NCBI GenBank assembly: GCA_036276805.1
Contig: DASUOE010000202.1
Span: forward strand, 1-50,052
Source: Woeseiaceae bacterium
Lineage (GTDB): Bacteria; Pseudomonadota; Gammaproteobacteria; Steroidobacterales; Woeseiaceae
DNA length: 50,052 nucleotides
Direction of reading: 5' to 3'
Position numbers and translations under genes: made by a program. Positions 40,184 through 48,868 of this stretch are shown here, piece after piece. The notes below the pieces were generated by a model, which saw nothing but the letters and a program-made list of their open reading frames with translations, ran no database searches and had not been told where the DNA came from. Position 1 is the stretch's first letter. Each line of letters begins with the position of its first letter.

Positions 40184-40813
40184 ATGCACCCGGAGGACGT
40201 CAAGTCGCAAAACGATGCGGAGCTGCTGGCGACTCTCCTGCATTGCGGGGAACGGGCGGCCGGCGGGCGGGTGCTCGCCCGACGGCTGCTCGAGAATTAC
40301 GGCGGCCTCAGGGCACTGCTGCACGCGGATGAGCGCTCGCTTCTGGGCCAGCGCGGCATCGGCCCGGCGCGGGCGGCCGTCATTCTCGCTTTGCCCGAAC
40401 TCGCGAAGCGCTATTTCTCCGCGTCGCTCGTCGTCGGCGAGCCGATCCGCAGCCCCGCGGACACGAGTGCATTCCTGCTCGCGCGCATGCGCCACCTCGA
40501 CCATGAGCTGTTCTGCTGCCTGTACCTCGACAACCGTCACCGTGTGCTCAAGTTCAGCGAGCTCTTCCGCGGCACGATCGACGGGACGTCGGTCTATCCC
40601 CGGGAGGTCGTGAAGGAGGCGCTCCGGGCGAACGCCGCGGCGGTCATACTCGCGCACAACCACCCGAGTGGCGTCGCCGAACCGAGCCAGGCCGACGAGC
40701 GCATCACGAAACGCCTGAAAGCGGCCCTGGACCTGGTCGACATCCGACTCCTCGACCACCTGATCGTGGGTGACGGCGGCACGACCTCGCTCGCCGCCCG
40801 CGGGCTCCTGTGA
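40184..40813 (+). CDS. radC: RadC-family (JAMM-like, UPF0758) protein
   Basis: ..DAELLATLLHCG..HNHPSGVAEPSQADERITKRL..LLDHLIVG. The N-terminus is slightly short and cannot be extended because of an in-frame TGA at 40172. Confidence 0.85.
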   Translation: MHPEDVKSQNDAELLATLLHCGERAAGGRVLARRLLENYGGLRALLHADERSLLGQRGIGPARAAVILALPELAKRYFSASLVVGEPIRSPADTSAFLLARMRHLDHELFCCLYLDNRHRVLKFSELFRGTIDGTSVYPREVVKEALRANAAAVILAHNHPSGVAEPSQADERITKRLKAALDLVDIRLLDHLIVGDGGTTSLAARGLL

Positions 40814-40841
40814 CGGGGGCCGCACGCGCCCGGGGCGCGGC

Positions 40842-40870
40842 TTGAATTGCCCCGGCGACGCTGGTATAAA
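40842..40870 (+). promoter_or_regulatory. Candidate sigma-70 promoter for rpmB-rpmG
   Basis: TTGAAT, 17-nt spacer, TATAAA, about 60 nt upstream of the rpmB ATG. Confidence 0.6.
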
Positions 40871-40930
40871 GTCTCGCTCTTTGCCCGGCATCCACGGGCA
40901 ACTGCCACGAAAATCAGAGACTTACGCGTC

Positions 40931-41167
40931 ATGTCCAGAGTTTGCCAGGTCACCGGGAAGCGCCCGCAGAGCGGCAACAACGTTTCCCACGCCCACAACA
41001 AGACTCGCCGTCGGTTCCTGCCGAACCTGCAGTCGAAGCGTTTCTGGCTCGGTACGGAAAACCGCTGGGTGCGCCTGCGCGTGTCGCACAAGGGCATGCG
41101 CATCATCGACAAGCACGGCATCGAGAAGGTCGTCGCCGACCTCCGCGCCGCCGGCCAGCGCGTCTAG
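40931..41167 (+). CDS. rpmB: 50S ribosomal protein L28
   Basis: [34 protein letters not shown].. inside track ORF 40847..41167. Confidence 0.95.
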   Translation: MSRVCQVTGKRPQSGNNVSHAHNKTRRRFLPNLQSKRFWLGTENRWVRLRVSHKGMRIIDKHGIEKVVADLRAAGQRV

Positions 41168-41184
41168 CACGCTAGGAGATTGCC

Positions 41185-41352
41185 ATGGCGAAGTCCGCCC
41201 GCGAAAAGATCCGTCTCGTGTCGAGCGCCGGCACCGGCCACTACTACACGACGACGAAGAACAAGCGCCTGCATCCCGAGAAGATGGAGACGAAGAAGTA
41301 CGACCCGACGATCCGCAAGCACGTCGCGTACAAGGAATCCAAAATCAAGTAG
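41185..41352 (+). CDS. rpmG: 50S ribosomal protein L33
   Basis: Below the ORF-track size cutoff. My translation is [55 protein letters not shown]. The RBS GGAGA lies upstream. Confidence 0.9.
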   Translation: MAKSAREKIRLVSSAGTGHYYTTTKNKRLHPEKMETKKYDPTIRKHVAYKESKIK

Positions 41353-41389
41353 GAGCGGCGCTTGTAGGAGCGGCGCTGGCGCCGCGACC
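41349..41389. repeat. REP unit preceded by a truncated duplicate of its tag end
   Basis: GTAGGAGCGGCGCTT followed by GTAGGAGCGGCGCTGGCGCCGCGACC. Confidence 0.85.
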
Positions 41390-41466
41390 ACGACGTGGCC
41401 TTGCAACCACGCAGAAAACGGCGCCGGTGGATGCCCAGGTGAACTCCACCGCAAGCCAGGCGAAGC

Positions 41467-41493
41467 CAAAGCCCGCTCCCGAGCGGGCTTTTT
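41467..41493 (+). terminator. Rho-independent terminator after rpmG
   Basis: AAAGCCCGCT-CCCG-AGCGGGCTTT followed by a T run. Confidence 0.8.
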
Positions 41494-41552
41494 TGTCTGC
41501 GCCGCCGGCGGCATGCTTGCGGGTCCGCACCGGGAGCTATGAGGCGCCGCCC

Positions 41553-42365
41553 ATGCCCGAACTGCCCGAAGTCGAAACCAGCCGCCGCGGCATCGCGCCC
41601 TGGCTCGAAGGCCAGGCGATTTCCGATGTCGTCATCCGTAACCGGCGGCTGCGCTGGCCGGTGGCGCGGGGGCTCGAGAAGAAGCTCACCGGCGCAACCG
41701 TCACGACCGTCGGCCGGCGTGCCAAATACCTGCTGATCGGCACGGAACGCGGCTCCGCGATCCTGCATCTCGGCATGTCCGGGCACGTGTTCATCGTCGA
41801 CGCGGACACGCCGGCGGGCGTTCACGACCATGTCGACATCAGGCTCGCCTCGGGCAAGGCGCTCAGGCTCCGAGACCCGCGCCGGTTCGGGTCGCTGCAC
41901 TTCAGCGCGAATCCGCTGACGCATCCCCTGCTTGCGAACCTCGGCCCCGAGCCGCTCGGCCCGGATTTCGGCGGTGAGTACCTCTTTGCGCAGTCCCGCG
42001 GCCGCCGCGTCGCGGTGAAGCCCTTCATCATGAACGCCGCGGTGGTGGTCGGCGTGGGCAACATCTACGCGAGCGAGGCGCTGTATCTCGCCGGCATACA
42101 CCCGCGACGTGCGGCCGGGCGGATCGCCCTGCCGCGCTTCGTCGTGCTGGCGGAAGCCGTCCGCGAGGTGCTCGAGAAGGCGATCCGCGCCGGCGGGACG
42201 ACGCTCCGGGACTTCTACGGGGGTGACGGCGAAGCGGGGTACTTCAGCCACGAACTCGCGGTATACGGCCGCGAGGACCTGCCGTGCCTGCGTTGCGATG
42301 CGCCCATCGCCGCGGAAGTCATCGGGCAGCGCACGAGCTATTTCTGCCGGCGCTGCCAGCGCTGA
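41553..42365 (+). CDS. mutM: Formamidopyrimidine-DNA glycosylase
   Basis: MPELPEVETSRRGI.. with a C-terminal zinc finger, CLRCDAPI..YFCRRCQ. Confidence 0.95.
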   Translation: MPELPEVETSRRGIAPWLEGQAISDVVIRNRRLRWPVARGLEKKLTGATVTTVGRRAKYLLIGTERGSAILHLGMSGHVFIVDADTPAGVHDHVDIRLASGKALRLRDPRRFGSLHFSANPLTHPLLANLGPEPLGPDFGGEYLFAQSRGRRVAVKPFIMNAAVVVGVGNIYASEALYLAGIHPRRAAGRIALPRFVVLAEAVREVLEKAIRAGGTTLRDFYGGDGEAGYFSHELAVYGREDLPCLRCDAPIAAEVIGQRTSYFCRRCQR

Positions 42366-42380
42366 CTCCGGCCGCGTCAC

Positions 42381-42406
42381 GGTCGCGGCGCGAGCGCCGC
42401 TCCTAC
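42381..42406. repeat. Single reverse REP unit between convergent mutM and coaD
   Basis: GGTCGCGGCGCGAGCGCCGCTCCTAC. Confidence 0.85.
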
Positions 42407-42897
42407 AGCCGCTTCGAGCCGATGCGCTCCATCAGCGCCTTCTTCACCGAGGGCGAGACGAATTCGCTGATGTCGCCGCCGAGCTCGGCGACTTCGCGGA
42501 CGAGGCTCGAGGAGATGAAGTTGTATTTCTCCGTCGGCGTCAGGAATGCCGTCTCGACCTCATCCGTGAGGTGCCGGTTCATGTTCGCTAGCTGGAACTC
42601 GTACTCGAAGTCGGACACGGCCCGCAGGCCCCGGATGATCACGCGCAGGCCCCGCTTGCGCGCGAATTCCACGGTGAGCCCTGTATAACGCGTGACCTCG
42701 ACGTTCGACAGGCCGGCGAGCGCCGAGCGAGCCATGTCCACGCGTTCGTCCACCGAGAACATCGGCACCTTGCTGCCTGTATTGACGGCAATGGCTACGA
42801 CGACCGTGTCGAACAGTTTCGCCGCGCGGCGCACGAGGTCTTCGTGCCCGAACGTGATCGGGTCGAAGGTGCCGGGATACATGGCATTCACGGACAT
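42403..42897 (-). CDS. coaD: Pantetheine-phosphate adenylyltransferase
   Basis: YPGTFDPITFGHEDLVRRA... Confidence 0.95.
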   Translation of the reverse strand: MSVNAMYPGTFDPITFGHEDLVRRAAKLFDTVVVAIAVNTGSKVPMFSVDERVDMARSALAGLSNVEVTRYTGLTVEFARKRGLRVIIRGLRAVSDFEYEFQLANMNRHLTDEVETAFLTPTEKYNFISSSLVREVAELGGDISEFVSPSVKKALMERIGSKRL

Positions 42898-43598
42898 GAG
42901 CTCGTCTCCTCGTCGTCACCGGGTTCACTGCCGGCCTTGTCGTTGTTCTTGTCGACGGCCTCGCCGGGCGCCCGCGGCGCCAGCAGCGCGTAGCGCACGT
43001 TCCCCGCCGCCTTGTTCCTGAGCACGGTCCACTGGCCGGTCACGTCGGGCAATGCGCGCGCCCGGCCCTGCTCCAGGTACAACCGGCCGGCCGGTGTGAG
43101 GACCCCCCTTTCGGCCAGCAGTCTACACAAATCTCCCAGGACGTCGTCGGCGAACGGCGGGTCCAGGAACACGACGTCGAAGCGCTGGCCGCCCGCCCGG
43201 GCGAGCCAGGCGAAAGCGTCGCCGGGGGCGATCACCGCGCCTTTCGCATCCAGCGCCGCGACGTTGCGCTTGAGGGCCGCGAGCGCAACCGGCGATTTCT
43301 CGACGAACACGGCCTCGCGTGCGCCGCGCGAGAGCGCCTCGAGGCCGAGCGCGCCGGTCCCCGCGTACAGATCGAGGCAGCGCGCACCGACGATCCGCGG
43401 GGCGAGCCAGTTGAACAGGGTTTCACGCACGCGTTCCGGCGTCGGGCGCAATCCGGGTACGTCGGCGATCTCGAGAACGCGGCTGCGCCACATTCCGGCT
43501 ACAATACGCAGCCGCCCCGCGGGTGCCGCCGGCGGTTTCCGTGATCGGCCGCTTCGCGAAGAATCGTCGCGGCTCTTGCCGCCAGCCCGGCGTGCCAT
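42888..43598 (-). CDS. rsmD: 16S rRNA (guanine966-N2)-methyltransferase RsmD
   Basis: ..LRIVAGMWRSRVLEIADVPGLRPTPERVRETLFNWL..FLDPPF. It has charged N- and C-terminal extensions and overlaps the coaD start by 10 nt. Confidence 0.85.
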   Translation of the reverse strand: MARRAGGKSRDDSSRSGRSRKPPAAPAGRLRIVAGMWRSRVLEIADVPGLRPTPERVRETLFNWLAPRIVGARCLDLYAGTGALGLEALSRGAREAVFVEKSPVALAALKRNVAALDAKGAVIAPGDAFAWLARAGGQRFDVVFLDPPFADDVLGDLCRLLAERGVLTPAGRLYLEQGRARALPDVTGQWTVLRNKAAGNVRYALLAPRAPGEAVDKNNDKAGSEPGDDEETSSCP

Positions 43599-43673
43599 GG
43601 TCGAATCCGTGTGTAAGGTGTCGGGTTAAACCGCAAAACTCATTTCGGCAGAGAGTGTAGGGCTACACCGGCC

Positions 43674-44672
43674 ATGTTTGGCAACAAAGACAGCAAAGAC
43701 GAAGCGCGCGACGACGCGGCCAGGCCAGCGGACGAGCCGTCGAAGGACGGCTGGTTCAAGCGGCTGCGCAAGACCATAAACCGCGGCGACAGCTGGCTCA
43801 CCTACGATCTCGCGAATCTCGTGCCCGGCGGCAGGATCGACGAAAACTCGCTGGAAGAACTGGAGACCCTGCTCGTCATGGCCGACGTTGGCGTCGCGAC
43901 CAGCGAACGCATCATCGCCGACCTCGAGAAGAAGCTCGCACGCAAGGAGCTCAAGGACCTGGCATCGCTCAGGGCGGGCTTGAGGAAAGCCATCGTGGAC
44001 ATCCTCGCGCCGGTGGCGAAGCCGCTCGAGATCCCGCGGCAGGACGACCCCTTCCTCATCCTCATGGTCGGCGTGAACGGCGCCGGCAAGACGACGACCA
44101 TCGGCAAGCTCGCGCGCCGCTACCGGGATCAGGGCCTGTCCGTGATGCTCGCCGCGGGCGACACGTTTCGTGCCGCGGCCGTCGAGCAGCTGCAGGCCTG
44201 GGGCGCGCGCAACGGCGTCCCCGTCATCGCCCAGCAGCACGGCGCCGACCCGGCCGCGGTCGTCTTCGACGCGTGGCAGGCGGCGAAGGCGCGCGGCGTC
44301 GACGTGCTGCTCGCCGACACCGCCGGGCGACTGCAGACGCAGCAGGGCCTGATGGACGAGCTCGCCAAGATCAAGCGCGTCATCAGCCGCCAGCAGGCCG
44401 ACGCGCCGCATGAAATCATGCTCGTACTGGACGCGAGCCAGGGCCAGAACGCGCTGTCCCAGGCGGAGAAGTTCCACGCCGCGCTGGGACTCACGGGCAT
44501 CACGGTCACGAAGCTCGACGGGTCGGCAAAAGGCGGTATCCTCCTCTCGATCGCCGACCGGCTGAAGGTGCCGGTGCGCTTCATCGGCATCGGCGAAAAG
44601 GCGGAGGACATGCAGCCCTTCTCGGCGCAGGAATTCGCGGCAGCACTGATGGAGAACGGCGCGGATGCCTGA
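43674..44672 (+). CDS. ftsY: Signal recognition particle receptor FtsY
   Basis: NG domain with GVNGAGKTTTIGKLA, DTAGRL and TKLDGSAKGG. The acidic A-domain is short. Confidence 0.95.
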   Translation: MFGNKDSKDEARDDAARPADEPSKDGWFKRLRKTINRGDSWLTYDLANLVPGGRIDENSLEELETLLVMADVGVATSERIIADLEKKLARKELKDLASLRAGLRKAIVDILAPVAKPLEIPRQDDPFLILMVGVNGAGKTTTIGKLARRYRDQGLSVMLAAGDTFRAAAVEQLQAWGARNGVPVIAQQHGADPAAVVFDAWQAAKARGVDVLLADTAGRLQTQQGLMDELAKIKRVISRQQADAPHEIMLVLDASQGQNALSQAEKFHAALGLTGITVTKLDGSAKGGILLSIADRLKVPVRFIGIGEKAEDMQPFSAQEFAAALMENGADA

Positions 44673-44685
44673 GCCGGCGGGCCCG

Positions 44686-45423
44686 ATGATCCAGCTCGAG
44701 AACGTCACGAAGCGTTTCCAGGGCGGCCAGGAAGCGCTCGCCGGTCTCGACCTCGTCATCGAGCGCGGGGAGATGGTTTTCGTCACGGGCCACTCGGGCG
44801 CGGGCAAGAGCACGCTGCTGCGCCTGATCGCTCTCATCGACCGGCCGAGCAGCGGCCAGGTGATCGTCGACGGCAAGAACACGCGGCGTGTCGGCCGCCG
44901 CCGCATCCCGGCTTACCGCCGCCAGATAGGCATGGTTTTCCAGGATCACAAGCTGCTCTACGACCGTACGGTGGCCGACAACGTCGCCCTGCCGCTCGTC
45001 ATTGCCGGCGTTAGCCGCCGCGACGCCGGCAAGCGGGTGCGCGCGGCGCTCGAGCAGGTGGGCCTCCTCAACAAGGAGAACCGGAACCCGGAGCATCTCT
45101 CGGCGGGCGAGCAGCAGCGCGTCGGCATCGCGCGTGCCATCGCCACCCGCCCGAAGCTCTTGATCGCCGACGAGCCGACCGGCAACCTCGACCCCGACCT
45201 GTCGCTCGAGGTCATGCGCGTGTTTCGCCGTTTCAACGAGTTTGGCGTCACGGTCCTCGTCGCGAGCCACGACATCGCGCTCATCGACAAGCTCGGCTGC
45301 CGGCGCGTCTCGCTTGCGGAAGGCCGGCTCGAACACGATACGAGCCATGTCGCGGGCGGCGAGGCGTTCATCATCGAGCGCCGCGACGACGATCGCTGGC
45401 TTAAGCCCGGGGACTTTCGATGA
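44686..45423 (+). CDS. ftsE: Cell-division ABC transporter ATP-binding protein FtsE
   Basis: MIQLENVTKRF.., Walker A GHSGAGKST and signature LSAGEQQRV. The alternative start at 44665 would overlap ftsY. Confidence 0.9.
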   Translation: MIQLENVTKRFQGGQEALAGLDLVIERGEMVFVTGHSGAGKSTLLRLIALIDRPSSGQVIVDGKNTRRVGRRRIPAYRRQIGMVFQDHKLLYDRTVADNVALPLVIAGVSRRDAGKRVRAALEQVGLLNKENRNPEHLSAGEQQRVGIARAIATRPKLLIADEPTGNLDPDLSLEVMRVFRRFNEFGVTVLVASHDIALIDKLGCRRVSLAEGRLEHDTSHVAGGEAFIIERRDDDRWLKPGDFR

Positions 45424-45468
45424 TGAGCGGGCGCAGGGCGAACGCGGCGCCTGGCCGGGGGACCGCCG

Positions 45469-46434
45469 TTGGCCGTTAACCGGCACGCCGACGCCATCGC
45501 GCCGGTGCGGGCATCCGGGCCGCTCGCCACCTGGTTCGGCCGCCACGTCACGACCGCCGGCGCAGCGCTCGGCCGCCTGGCGCGCCAGCCGTTCGCGAGC
45601 TTCATGATCGTGCTCGTCATCGCCGTCACCCTCGCCTTGCCGGCCGCCTTGAACCTCGTCGTGAAGAACGCGATGGCCGTGAGCAAGGGCTGGGACAACG
45701 CACTCGATTTCTCGGTATTCCTGAAGCAGGACCAGACGCTCGCAGAAGCAGAAGCGCTTGCGCAGCTCATCGAGGAACGTGCGGACGTCGAATCGGTTGA
45801 GCTCATTTCCGCGGAGGAAGCGCTCGCGGAGTTCAAAGCCGAATCGGGGTTCGGCGAGGCGCTGGATCAGCTCGGCGAGAATCCCCTGCCGCACACGCTC
45901 GTCGTGCGGCCCGGCGCACAGAACACCGGCGCCTCCATCGGACTATTGCGCGAGGAACTGGAGAACCTGCCCGAAACCGACCTCGTGCAGGTCGACACGG
46001 AATGGGTGCAGCGCTTCCATGCCATCCTCGACATCCTGCGGCAGGCAATCCTGATCGGCTCGGTGCTGCTCGGCGCTGCTATCGTCGTGATCATCGGCAA
46101 CACGATCCGGCTCGACATCCAGAACCGGCGCGAGGAGATCGAGGTGACGAAGCTCATCGGGGCGAGCAACGGCTTCGTCCGCCGGCCGTTCCTGTGGAGC
46201 GGCATGTGGTACGGCCTTTTCGGCGCGCTGCTTGCAATCGGGCTGGTGTTGTACGGGCTCATCCTGCTGGAGGCGCCGATCGCGCGCCTGGCCGGCCTCT
46301 ACCGCAGCCAGCTCGTCGTGCAGGGATTCTCCCTGCGCGAAGTCGGCGCCATCGTCGGCATCGGTGTGAGCCTGGGGCTCGTCGGGTCGTGGATCGCGGT
46401 GGCGCGCCACTTGCGGCGTATCGAACCGAGATAG
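45469..46434 (+). CDS. ftsX: Cell-division permease-like protein FtsX
   Basis: 321 aa with four TM segments and a periplasmic domain, positioned after ftsE. The start is TTG per the track and is uncertain. Confidence 0.85.
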   Translation: MAVNRHADAIAPVRASGPLATWFGRHVTTAGAALGRLARQPFASFMIVLVIAVTLALPAALNLVVKNAMAVSKGWDNALDFSVFLKQDQTLAEAEALAQLIEERADVESVELISAEEALAEFKAESGFGEALDQLGENPLPHTLVVRPGAQNTGASIGLLREELENLPETDLVQVDTEWVQRFHAILDILRQAILIGSVLLGAAIVVIIGNTIRLDIQNRREEIEVTKLIGASNGFVRRPFLWSGMWYGLFGALLAIGLVLYGLILLEAPIARLAGLYRSQLVVQGFSLREVGAIVGIGVSLGLVGSWIAVARHLRRIEPR

Positions 46435-46466
46435 GCGGTCGTAAGGCGGTGGCGAACGCGGCGGCT

Positions 46467-46570
46467 GCAGGAGCGGCCGTCAGGCCGCGAATAGTTTGTA
46501 CCCGCCGGCCGCGGCGATAACGTCATGGCATCCAACCGCCTGCAATTCGCGGCGTGACCGCCGCTCCTGC
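46467..46570. repeat. REPIN-like inverted REP pair with GCAG instead of GTAG at both ends
   Basis: CTGCAGGAGCGGCCGTCAGGCCGCGAATAG ... ATTCGCGGCGTGACCGCCGCTCCTGCAG. Confidence 0.9.
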
Positions 46571-46581
46571 AGGCGCAACGA

Positions 46582-47205
46582 TTAGCGACGGGGACGGTCG
46601 CGGCCATCAGCCGCCTGCAAACGGCCGGTGAGGCCCGTCAGGATGCCGTCCACGACGGCATCGAGTGCGGCCCGGTCGACCGCGCCGCGGCACATCACGC
46701 GCATGCCCCAGAGGTTGTTGACCAGGAAGGCGGCCAGCGCGTCCGCGCTTCGGCCAGGCGCGATATCCCCGTCCGCCTGCGCGTCGGCGATCAGCCGCGC
46801 GAACGCCTGGCGTACGCGCTCGTTGTGCGCACAGAGCCGGCTCGCAACGTCCGGCTCGTGCTCCGCCATCTCGAGTAGCGCGTTCACGGCGAGGCAGCCC
46901 TGGCGGTTGCGCCCGCTCACGGTGTCCTCGACGATGGTGGCGAGCATCTCGCGCAAGGCTGCGAGCGCCGGCCGGCCGTCCTCGCCCATCCGCCGGATAC
47001 GCTCGAGAAACGTCCGGTTGTAGGCCTCGAGGACCTCGAGAAAAACGCCCTTCTTGTTGCCGAAGGCGGCGTACAGGCTGCCGGGATTGAGCCCGGTCGC
47101 GTGGACGAGGTCGGTGACCGTGGTCTGGCTGTAGCCGCGCTGCCAGAAGACCAGCATGGCCTTGTCGATGACGGCGGTGCGGTCGAATTCGGGCAGGCGC
47201 GACAT
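46582..47205 (-). CDS. TetR/AcrR-family transcriptional regulator
   Basis: N-terminal HTH ..FWQRGYSQTTVTDLVHATGLNPGSLYAAFGNKKGVF.. in a 207-aa protein. Confidence 0.85.
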   Translation of the reverse strand: MSRLPEFDRTAVIDKAMLVFWQRGYSQTTVTDLVHATGLNPGSLYAAFGNKKGVFLEVLEAYNRTFLERIRRMGEDGRPALAALREMLATIVEDTVSGRNRQGCLAVNALLEMAEHEPDVASRLCAHNERVRQAFARLIADAQADGDIAPGRSADALAAFLVNNLWGMRVMCRGAVDRAALDAVVDGILTGLTGRLQAADGRDRPRR

Positions 47206-47287
47206 GGGGTGGGTACTCGCTACGATCGTTTCTCGGTCTTCCGGTTCAATGGCTTAGGACTCATTTCGGGCGGCATTCTACAGATAC

Positions 47288-47303
47288 TTGAACAGGCATT
47301 CAA
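47288..47303. promoter_or_regulatory. Palindromic operator-like site 1 (TTGAA-N6-TTCAA)
   Basis: TTGAACAGGCATTCAA overlaps the candidate -35 above. Confidence 0.5.
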
Positions 47304-47316
47304 GATCGGCTATCCT
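47288..47316 (+). promoter_or_regulatory. Candidate sigma-70 promoter directed toward rpoH
   Basis: TTGAAC (47288-47293), 17-nt spacer, TATCCT (47311-47316). Confidence 0.45.
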
Positions 47317-47362
47317 GCGCGCACGACAACTGGCGGGACGCCGGTTTTTTTCGGGCTGGATA

Positions 47363-47378
47363 TTGAACGGACATTCAA
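47363..47378. promoter_or_regulatory. Palindromic operator-like site 2 (TTGAA-N6-TTCAA)
   Basis: TTGAACGGACATTCAA is identical to site 1 at 14 of 16 positions and lies 75 bp downstream of it. Confidence 0.5.
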
Positions 47379-47416
47379 TAACTTGCCCGGCCGGGCCCGG
47401 CGGCGGACAGAGCGGC

Positions 47417-47443
47417 TTAGCACTCACGAATCTCGAGTGCTAA
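47417..47443 (+). promoter_or_regulatory. Perfect 9-bp inverted repeat in the rpoH leader
   Basis: TTAGCACTC-ACGAATCTC-GAGTGCTAA ends 24 nt before the rpoH ATG. Confidence 0.4.
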
Positions 47444-47467
47444 AATCGGCCCCGAGACTAGAGAGGA

Positions 47468-48333
<866 letters not shown>

Positions 48334-48337
<4 letters not shown>

Positions 48338-48446
48338 GAGCGGCGGTAACGCCGCGACGCAGGCACTTCATCGCGGCCGGTTTGCGAGGCGAACAACGAC
48401 GCGATTATGTCCCGCGTTCAGGTCGCGGCGTTACCGCCGCTCCTAC
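48334..48446. repeat. REPIN-like inverted REP pair filling the rpoH / DUF3465 convergent spacer
   Basis: GTAGGAGCGGCGGTAACGCCGCGACGC ... GGTCGCGGCGTTACCGCCGCTCCTAC. Both arms carry the same stem variant. Confidence 0.9.
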
Positions 48447-48793
48447 CTGTACCGCTGCCCCCGGAACTCCACGTACCCGCCCGGCTCCGCGTCTACCGGA
48501 TCGGCTAGCGGATTGGCCATGGGATCGGCGTGGGTCCAGTGCACGAGCCCGCCCGCGTCGCTCCACTCGTAGACCCCGCGGAACCGCACCCGGTCGCCGA
48601 GGCCTATGGGCACGCGCGGCGAGAGCGCGAGGTTGTGCGCGATGAGAAGTGTCTGCCCTCCGCGCAGGCGCAGGATGAAGCGCTGGTGGCGTGAATCGTG
48701 GACGTCGTCGGGGATGAGGCGGACGACGATGCCCTCGTCCACGATCCACTCATCGTCGTCCCGTTTACCGTATATGCGCGCGGACAATGGCAC
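48443..48793 (-). CDS. DUF3465-like small protein
   Basis: ..DDVHDSRHQRFILRLRGGQTLLIAHNLALSPRVP..VRFRGVYEWSDAGGLVHWTH resembles DUF3465. The family assignment is from memory only. Confidence 0.55.
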   Translation of the reverse strand: MPLSARIYGKRDDDEWIVDEGIVVRLIPDDVHDSRHQRFILRLRGGQTLLIAHNLALSPRVPIGLGDRVRFRGVYEWSDAGGLVHWTHADPMANPLADPVDAEPGGYVEFRGQRYR

Positions 48794-48813
48794 CGTCCGA
48801 GGAAAACCTCGAC

Positions 48814-48849
48814 AAAAAAGCGCAGTGGCCCGTCCCTGGGCCGCTGCGC
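48814..48849 (-). terminator. Rho-independent terminator after the OmpA-family gene
   Basis: The minus strand reads GCGCAGCGGCCC-AGGGAC-GGGCCACTGCGC (12-bp stem, one mismatch) followed by TTTTTT. Confidence 0.75.
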
Positions 48850-48868
48850 CGGAAGGGTCGCCGACCGC

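Noticed and set aside
40067-40891. The upstream 275 aa of the 696-aa track ORF containing coaBC.
   Set aside because: It reads through the coaBC-radC promoter region and antisense to radC. CoaBC homology begins at [10 protein letters not shown] (40066).
45420-45479. A possible frameshift at the ftsE/ftsX junction. ATGATGA at the ftsE stop opens a 19-codon ORF in a different frame from ftsX, which then has to start at TTG 45469.
   Set aside because: The TTG-initiated product has a plausible length and N-terminus before the first TM helix. FtsX N-termini are poorly conserved, so I cannot show that anything is missing without orthologue alignment.
47355-47395. A sigma-E type promoter (GGAACTT-N16-TCAAA), as at E. 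coli rpoH P3, around TTGAACGGACATTCAATAAC.
   Set aside because: The GAAC and TCAA elements are only about 6 nt apart, which is far from the required spacing. The sequence is better explained as the second copy of the TTGAA-N6-TTCAA palindrome.
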